40,415 nucleotides of DNA from Burkholderiales bacterium (GTDB lineage: Bacteria; Pseudomonadota; Gammaproteobacteria; Burkholderiales; Burkholderiaceae_C), in contig JBIODO010000001.1 of the NCBI GenBank assembly GCA_044445225.1, positions 1 to 40,415 on the forward strand, read 5' to 3'. The translations under genes and the position numbers were made by a program. Below are positions 35,649 through 40,415 of this stretch, piece by piece. Under the pieces are notes generated by a model. That model made no database searches. It was not told where the DNA came from and saw nothing but the letters and a program-made list of their open reading frames with translations. Within the stretch, counting starts at the first letter, position 1. Each line of letters opens with the position of its first letter.

Positions 35649-36392
35649 TCAGGCCTTGCCTTGGTTGGCGACCGCCGCCGCGGCCTTCTCCGCGGCCTGC
35701 GGGTCGCCGAGATAGCGCCGCGAAATGGGCTTCAGACTGTTGTCGAGTTCGTAGACCAGCGGGATGCCGTTGGGGATGTTCAGCCCGACGATGTCGGCAT
35801 CGCTGATGCCGTCCAAGTACTTGACCAGCGCGCGCATCGAGTTGCCGTGCGCGGCCACCAGCACGCGCTGGCCGGCGCGCAACGCGGGCGCCAGCGTGTC
35901 GTTCCAGCACGGCAGCACGCGCGCCACGGTGTCCTTCAGGCATTCGGTGAGCGGCACCTGCCCAGAGGCGAGCGCGGCATACCGCGGATCGGCGCGCTCG
36001 CTGCGCGGATCGTCGGGTGCCAGCGGCGGCGGCGGCGTGTCGTAGCTGCGGCGCCAGATCAGCACCTGCTCATCGCCGTATTGGCGCGCGGTCTCGGCCT
36101 TGTTCAGGCCCTGCAGCGCGCCGTAGTGCCGCTCGTTCAGCCGCCAGTCGTTGCGCACCGGCAGCCAGGTGCGATCCATCTGATCCAGCGTGTGCCACAA
36201 GGTCCAGATCGCCCGTTTCAGCACCGAGGTGTAGGCGATGTCGAACTCGAAGCCCGATTGCCTGAGCAACACGCCGGCCTCGCGCGCCTGCTGCACGCCG
36301 GTGTCGGTGAGGCCCACGTCGGTCCAGCCGGTGAAGCGGTTTTCCAGGTTCCAGGTGGACTCGCCGTGACGCAACAGCACGAGGGTGGGCAT
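35649..36392 (-). CDS. gpmA: 2,3-bisphosphoglycerate-dependent phosphoglycerate mutase
   Basis: [12 protein letters not shown] catalytic-His motif and full-length similarity to dPGM. ATG at 36392 is preferred over the TTG at 36416 used by the track. Confidence 0.94.
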   Translation of the reverse strand: MPTLVLLRHGESTWNLENRFTGWTDVGLTDTGVQQAREAGVLLRQSGFEFDIAYTSVLKRAIWTLWHTLDQMDRTWLPVRNDWRLNERHYGALQGLNKAETARQYGDEQVLIWRRSYDTPPPPLAPDDPRSERADPRYAALASGQVPLTECLKDTVARVLPCWNDTLAPALRAGQRVLVAAHGNSMRALVKYLDGISDADIVGLNIPNGIPLVYELDNSLKPISRRYLGDPQAAEKAAAAVANQGKA

Positions 36393-36416
36393 GGAGGCCG
36401 GCCGATCAGTGGTCAA

Positions 36417-36444
36417 GGGGCGCGAATTCTATAATTCGCGCCCC
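36417..36444. promoter_or_regulatory. perfect 28-bp palindrome (12-bp arms, 4-nt spacer) containing a consensus TATAAT hexamer, between gpmA and the rhodanese gene
   Basis: GGGGCGCGAATT-ctat-AATTCGCGCCCC, with TATAAT at 36430-36435 on the + strand, about 50 nt upstream of the rhodanese ATG at 36486. Confidence 0.5.
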
Positions 36445-36485
36445 GACTCTACGGTGGTGTGGCAGCACGGCGGCCACCGCGCAAG

Positions 36486-36911
36486 ATGAACCTGATGCAG
36501 TTTGCACTCGACAACTGGGTGCTGATCCTCGCGGCGCTGACCTCTGGCGCGCTTCTGCTTTGGCCCAACCTCAGCCGCCAGGGCGGCGGCGGTGCGGTCG
36601 GCACCACGGAGGCGGTGCGCCTGATCAACCGCGAACGCGCGGTGCTGATCGACGTCAGCGAACCCGAGGAGTTTGCGCAGGGCCATGCCGCGGGTGCCCG
36701 CAACGTGCCGCTCAATTCACTGCAAGGCGCCAAGGAACTGCCAAGCAACAAGCAGCTGCCGTTGGTGCTGATGTGCGCCACCGGTGCGCGTGCGGCGCGT
36801 GCCGCCGGCGAATTGCGCAAGCTCGGGCATGAACGCGCCATTGCGCTGGCCGGAGGCCTGAAGGCTTGGCGCGAGGCCAATTTGCCGCTGGAGAAATCAG
36901 CGACGGCGTGA
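36486..36911 (+). CDS. rhodanese-like domain protein (YibN-like, N-terminal TM anchor)
   Basis: MNLMQFALDNWVLILAALTSGALLLW anchor and active-site loop LVLMCATGARAARAAGEL. Start placed at the ATG at 36486. Confidence 0.85.
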   Translation: MNLMQFALDNWVLILAALTSGALLLWPNLSRQGGGGAVGTTEAVRLINRERAVLIDVSEPEEFAQGHAAGARNVPLNSLQGAKELPSNKQLPLVLMCATGARAARAAGELRKLGHERAIALAGGLKAWREANLPLEKSATA

Positions 36912-37007
36912 TCGTCTTCATGACCCGGCGCCAGCCGGGTCTTGTGCCTGTGGCGACAATGGTCGCCGTTTTGGTCGTTGGGCGGGCCCGCAGAGGCCCT
37001 GGATGGC

Positions 37008-37268
37008 ATGAAACCAGTGCGCATGTATACCTCGCAGGTGTGCCCGTTTTGCATTCGCGCGAAAGCGTTGCTGCGCCAGCGCGGCGTGGCGCAGATCGAT
37101 GAGGTGCGGGTCGACCTCGAGCCCGAGCAACGTGTGCGCATGGTCGAACTCACCGGGCGCCGCACGGTGCCGCAGATCTTCATCGGCGATACGCATGTGG
37201 GCGGGTGCGACGACCTGATCGCGCTCGACCAGCGCGGCGGCCTGATGCCGCTGCTGGCCGGAGCCTGA
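37008..37268 (+). CDS. grxC: glutaredoxin 3
   Basis: MKPVRMYTSQVCPFCIRAKALL carries the CPFC motif, followed by TVPQIFIGDTHVGGCDDL. Confidence 0.93.
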   Translation: MKPVRMYTSQVCPFCIRAKALLRQRGVAQIDEVRVDLEPEQRVRMVELTGRRTVPQIFIGDTHVGGCDDLIALDQRGGLMPLLAGA

Positions 37269-37373
37269 GGCGGCGGGCGGCGCCTTCGCGTCGGCGATAA
37301 TCGCTACCCAGCCCGGACCCACGCAATGGCCCGCATCGACTGCGGGCCGTTTCATTTTTCGGAAGCCCTCGCC

Positions 37374-37859
37374 ATGGCCGAAGCCAATTCGAACCCCGTG
37401 TTCCAGATTCAGCGCCTGTACCTGAAGGACCTGTCGCTGGAGCAGCCCAACTCGCCGCAGATCCTGCTGGAGCAGCAGCAGCCGCAGGTCGACATCAACC
37501 TGGCGTTGTCCGCCGAGAGCATCAACGAAGGCAACTACGAGGTCTGCGTCACCGCCACCGTGACCACCAAGGTCGCCGATCGCACGCTGTTTCTGGTGGA
37601 AGCCAAACAAGCGGGCATCTTCGAGATCCGCAACCTGCCGAGCGAGCAGGTGCAGGGCGTGGTCAGCGTGGTGTGTCCGCAGATCCTGTACCCGTACCTG
37701 CGCGCGATCGTCTCCGACGTGTGCACGCGCGCGGGCTTCCCGCCGATCCTGCTCACCGAAGTCAACTTCCAGGCCATGTACGAGGCCCAGCAGGCGCAGG
37801 CCGCGAAGGGCAATGGCCCCGGCGGCAACGGCAGCGGGCTGCTCACCACCGCCACCTGA
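37374..37859 (+). CDS. secB: protein-export chaperone SecB
   Basis: [22 protein letters not shown]...[27 protein letters not shown]. Start placed at the ATG at 37374. Confidence 0.93.
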   Translation: MAEANSNPVFQIQRLYLKDLSLEQPNSPQILLEQQQPQVDINLALSAESINEGNYEVCVTATVTTKVADRTLFLVEAKQAGIFEIRNLPSEQVQGVVSVVCPQILYPYLRAIVSDVCTRAGFPPILLTEVNFQAMYEAQQAQAAKGNGPGGNGSGLLTTAT

Positions 37860-37913
37860 AGGCGTGCCGACGCGCAACGCTGACCCGCTGCGTCGCCACT
37901 GATCGAGCCGCCC

Positions 37914-38894
37914 ATGCGCATCAGCGTGCTTGGTGCCGGCGCCTGGGGCACTGCGCTGGCCATCCATGCGGCGGCGAGCAACGAGGTCATGCTGTGGGCG
38001 CGCGATGCCGCGCAGCTGCGCCGCATGCGCGAGTCGGCGTGCAATGAGCGTTATCTGCCGCAGGTGCGCATCCCGCCCGGCGTGGTGCTGACCGCGCAAC
38101 GCGAGCAGGCGTTGTCGTTCGCGCACGGCGGCTTGGTGATCGTGGCCACGCCGATGGCAGGCCTGCGCGAGCAGTTGGCCGCGTTGCCAGCCGGCGTGCC
38201 GGTGCTGTGGCTGAGCAAGGGCTTCGAGCAGGCGAGCGGCGCGCTCGGCCATGAGATCGCGCGCGACTTGCGCGGCGACGCCACCTGCGGCGTGCTGTCG
38301 GGGCCTAGCTTTGCACTCGAGGTCGCGCGCGGCCAGCCCACCGCGTTGGTGGCCGCCAGCAGCGACGCGACGCTGGTGGCGCAAACGGTCGGCGCGCTGC
38401 ACGGCCCGACCCTGCGGGTCTACGCCAGCGACGACCCGGTCGGCGTCGAGGTCGGCGGCGCGGTGAAGAACGTGTTGGCCATCGCCACCGGCATCGCCGA
38501 TGCGCTGGCACTGGGCCAGAACGCGCGCGCGGCGTTGATCACGCGTGGCTTGGCCGAGATGACGCGGCTCGGCGTGGCGCTGGGCGCCAAGGCCGAAACC
38601 TTCATGGGCTTGTCGGGCTTGGGCGATCTGGTGCTCACCGCCACCGGCGACCTGTCGCGCAACCGCCAGGTGGGGCTCGCGTTGGGGCAGGGTCGTGCGC
38701 TGCCGCAGATCCTGGCGCAACTCGGCCATGTGGCCGAGGGCGTGGCCAGCGCGCCGATGGTGCTGGCGCGCGCCCAGGCCTTGCGTGTTCAGATGCCACT
38801 GTGCGAGGCGGTCGGCCAGGTGGTTGCCGGGCACATCACGGCCGGCGAGGCGCTCGAGCAGTTGATGACGCGAGAGGCGCGCAGCGAGTGGTAG
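37914..38894 (+). CDS. gpsA: NAD(P)H-dependent glycerol-3-phosphate dehydrogenase
   Basis: 326 aa. [10 protein letters not shown] Rossmann motif, and the [15 protein letters not shown] and [15 protein letters not shown] motifs. Confidence 0.95.
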   Translation: MRISVLGAGAWGTALAIHAAASNEVMLWARDAAQLRRMRESACNERYLPQVRIPPGVVLTAQREQALSFAHGGLVIVATPMAGLREQLAALPAGVPVLWLSKGFEQASGALGHEIARDLRGDATCGVLSGPSFALEVARGQPTALVAASSDATLVAQTVGALHGPTLRVYASDDPVGVEVGGAVKNVLAIATGIADALALGQNARAALITRGLAEMTRLGVALGAKAETFMGLSGLGDLVLTATGDLSRNRQVGLALGQGRALPQILAQLGHVAEGVASAPMVLARAQALRVQMPLCEAVGQVVAGHITAGEALEQLMTREARSEW

Positions 38895-38910
38895 CGGCGC
38901 GTGGCACCGC

Positions 38911-39378
38911 TCATGCCGCGCCCTGGTAGTTCATTTGTCGCCACGCTTCGAACACGGCAACGGCCACCGCGTTGCTCAAGTTCAAGCTGCGCTGTCCCGG
39001 CCGCATCGGCAACCGCACGTGCTGCGCCGACGCCAACGCCGCGCGCAATGCCGCGGGCAGGCCGCGCGACTCGCCACCGAACAGCAGCCAGTCGCCGCGC
39101 GCGAAGCGCTGAGACTGCAAAGGCGCGTCGGCGCGTGCGCTGAATGCGAACACGCGCGCCAGCGGTGGCGCCGACTGCAGCCACGATGACCACGAGCGGT
39201 GCCGCACGACGCTGGCGTACTCGTGGTAGTCGAGGCCGGCACGGCGCAGCAGCTTGTCGTCCATCGAAAAGCCCAGCGGCTCCACCAGATGCAACTCGCA
39301 GCCGGTGTTGGCGGCCAGGCGGATCACGTTGCCGGTGTTGGGCGGGATCTCGGGCTCGACCAGCACGATGCGCAGCAT
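38911..39378 (-). CDS. trmL: tRNA (cytidine/uridine(34)-2'-O)-methyltransferase (SpoU/TrmL)
   Basis: MLRIVLVEPEIPPNTGNVIRLAANTG...SLNLSNAVAVAVFEA. 155 aa from the ATG at 39378; an alternative start is at 39396. Confidence 0.92.
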   Translation of the reverse strand: MLRIVLVEPEIPPNTGNVIRLAANTGCELHLVEPLGFSMDDKLLRRAGLDYHEYASVVRHRSWSSWLQSAPPLARVFAFSARADAPLQSQRFARGDWLLFGGESRGLPAALRAALASAQHVRLPMRPGQRSLNLSNAVAVAVFEAWRQMNYQGAA

Positions 39379-39410
39379 CGGGCCTGCCGAGTCCATGCCA
39401 CAGCGATCCG

Positions 39411-40154
39411 TCATTCGTCGCCCAACGGGGTGCGCGCAACGACCCAGACGTCGACACTCGCCGCGCCGGCGCGGGTGAGCGCCAGTGCGGCGGCGTGCGC
39501 GGTGGCACCCGTCGTGAGCACGTCGTCGACCAGCGCCACGTGGCGGCCCTGCAGGCGCGCGCGCTGCGCCGGTTCGATCCAGAAGGCGTCGCGCAGATTG
39601 TGTTCGCGCTCGCGGCGCGTCATGCCGATCTGATGTGCGGTGTCGCGGCTGCGCTGCAGCACGCCCGGCGTGGCGTCGATGCGCAGCCGGCGGCCGAGCC
39701 GGCGCGCCAGCTCCCACGCCTGGTTGTAGCCGCGTTCGCGCAGCCGTTCGCGCGACAACGGCACAGGCAACAACAGCGCGGGCGCCCTTGCCGTCTCGGC
39801 GTACAAGGGACAAGCCAGCACGGCGCACGCGATCGCTTGAGACAGTGCGCCGGCCAGTTCGACCTGCTGATGAAATTTGAATGCGGTGATCAATCGGTCC
39901 CATGGCGCAACGTAGTCCGCGCCGGTCAGGCAGCGCTCGAATGCGCTGGCCTGGCCGAGGCATTGGCCGCAGCGCGGCACGTTGATGGGCGTGATGCGGG
40001 CGCAGCACGCGCAACGCGGCTGCCGTGGCGCAAAGCGCTGCAGGCAGGCCTCGCAAAGGCCCTGCGCGTGCCAGCCCCGGCAGATCACGCACACGCTGGG
40101 CAACGCGTGCGCCAGCACCCGCAGACCCGCGCCCAGCGAAGGGGTGAACGCCAT
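39411..40154 (-). CDS. comF: ComF family protein (phosphoribosyltransferase domain with N-terminal Cys-rich zinc-finger-like region)
   Basis: N-terminal CVICRG...CEAC...CACC...CGQC cysteine pairs and the PRT motif VALVDDVLTTGATA. Start placed at the ATG at 40154. Confidence 0.85.
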   Translation of the reverse strand: MAFTPSLGAGLRVLAHALPSVCVICRGWHAQGLCEACLQRFAPRQPRCACCARITPINVPRCGQCLGQASAFERCLTGADYVAPWDRLITAFKFHQQVELAGALSQAIACAVLACPLYAETARAPALLLPVPLSRERLRERGYNQAWELARRLGRRLRIDATPGVLQRSRDTAHQIGMTRREREHNLRDAFWIEPAQRARLQGRHVALVDDVLTTGATAHAAALALTRAGAASVDVWVVARTPLGDE

Positions 40155-40175
40155 TGGGTCAATATACTGGCCGCC

Positions 40176-40415
40176 ATGCCTGCAGGCGATGTGCACGTCA
40201 CCGCCAACGCCGAGTTCCACGAGCTGGCGGCGCAGCGCATGCGTGCGCGACTGGCGCGCGCCGCGCAGGCGCCTTGGCTGCACGGCGAGGTGGCACGCCG
40301 CATGGCCGAGCGCTTGCCGATCATCCGCCAGCCGCCGCAGCGCTGGCTCGACTGGTGGGCCCAGCTGGGTGGCGGCGCCGCCGCGGTGCGTGCCGCCTAT
40401 CCGCAGGCGCAGCGC
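40176..40415 (+). CDS. SAM-dependent methyltransferase, BioC-like (partial; N-terminal 80 aa only)
   Basis: Open frame from the ATG at 40176 to the window edge: MPAGDVHVTANAEFHELAAQRMRARLARAAQAPWLHGEVARRMAERLPIIRQPPQRWLDWWAQLGGG. The WLHGEVARRMAERL segment resembles the BioC N-terminus. It is divergent from comF, as is common. Confidence 0.5.
   Translation, partial: MPAGDVHVTANAEFHELAAQRMRARLARAAQAPWLHGEVARRMAERLPIIRQPPQRWLDWWAQLGGGAAAVRAAYPQAQR

Noticed and set aside
40155-40175. Only 21 bp separate the divergent starts of comF and the BioC-like gene.
   Set aside because: This is probably an artefact of start-codon uncertainty on one or both genes (in-frame alternatives exist downstream). 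There is no distinctive sequence beyond an AT-rich TCAATATACTGG.
1-40415. A search for defence systems, toxin-antitoxin pairs, mobile elements, integrases, phage genes, CRISPR arrays or RNA genes.
   Set aside because: Every ORF of credible coding quality maps to a housekeeping family or to the Pil-Chp cluster. There are no transposase, integrase or recombinase motifs, no flanking direct repeats or tRNA attachment site, and no intergenic space large enough to hide an array. The largest gaps are 282 bp and 185 bp.

Overview
This is a high-GC, densely packed chromosomal core region that looks betaproteobacterial (Burkholderiales-like, judged from gene content and order). I call about 40 protein-coding genes. 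I found no rRNA, tRNA, CRISPR array, transposase, integrase or phage genes.

Layout:
- 1-294 (-): a TfoX-like gene fragment running off the window edge, divergent from a 5-formyl-THF cyclo-ligase gene.
- 1101-16870 (-): one long minus-strand run of housekeeping genes: PfkB kinase, zinc-ribbon/DUF3426 protein, prmA, accC, accB, TlpA-like thioredoxin, a 195-aa unknown, mtgA, aroE, TonB-like protein, RNB exoribonuclease, YqiA-like esterase, mpl, hemL and a thiD-like gene. Several junctions are 4-bp ATGA overlaps.
- 16980-28263 (+): a type IV pilus (twitching) chemosensory cluster: rubredoxin, pilG, pilH, pilI, pilJ, a 2052-aa chpA and a GAF-GGDEF diguanylate cyclase.
- 28404-30879: a secreted PAF-acetylhydrolase-like alpha/beta hydrolase (+) and photolyase phrB (-), overlapping at their 3' ends.
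- 30998-35580 (+): yqgE, ruvX, pyrR, pyrB, a non-catalytic dihydroorotase-like pyrC', and a plsC-like acyltransferase.
- 35649-40415: gpmA divergent from rhodanese-grxC-secB-gpsA, then trmL, comF and the start of a BioC-like methyltransferase.

I do not see convincing evidence for a wholly new multi-gene system such as a defence island. The most interesting candidates are:
- the non-canonical Pil-Chp operon, which has a rubredoxin at the front, a GAF-GGDEF at the back, and no pilK, chpB or chpC in the window;
- its palindrome-rich divergent control region;
- a conserved 195-aa protein with a degenerate minimal-nucleotidyltransferase motif, translationally coupled to the TlpA-like gene;
- a perfect 28-bp palindrome carrying a TATAAT hexamer between gpmA and the rhodanese gene.

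All functional calls come from reading motifs in the translated ORFs by eye. No database search was possible.
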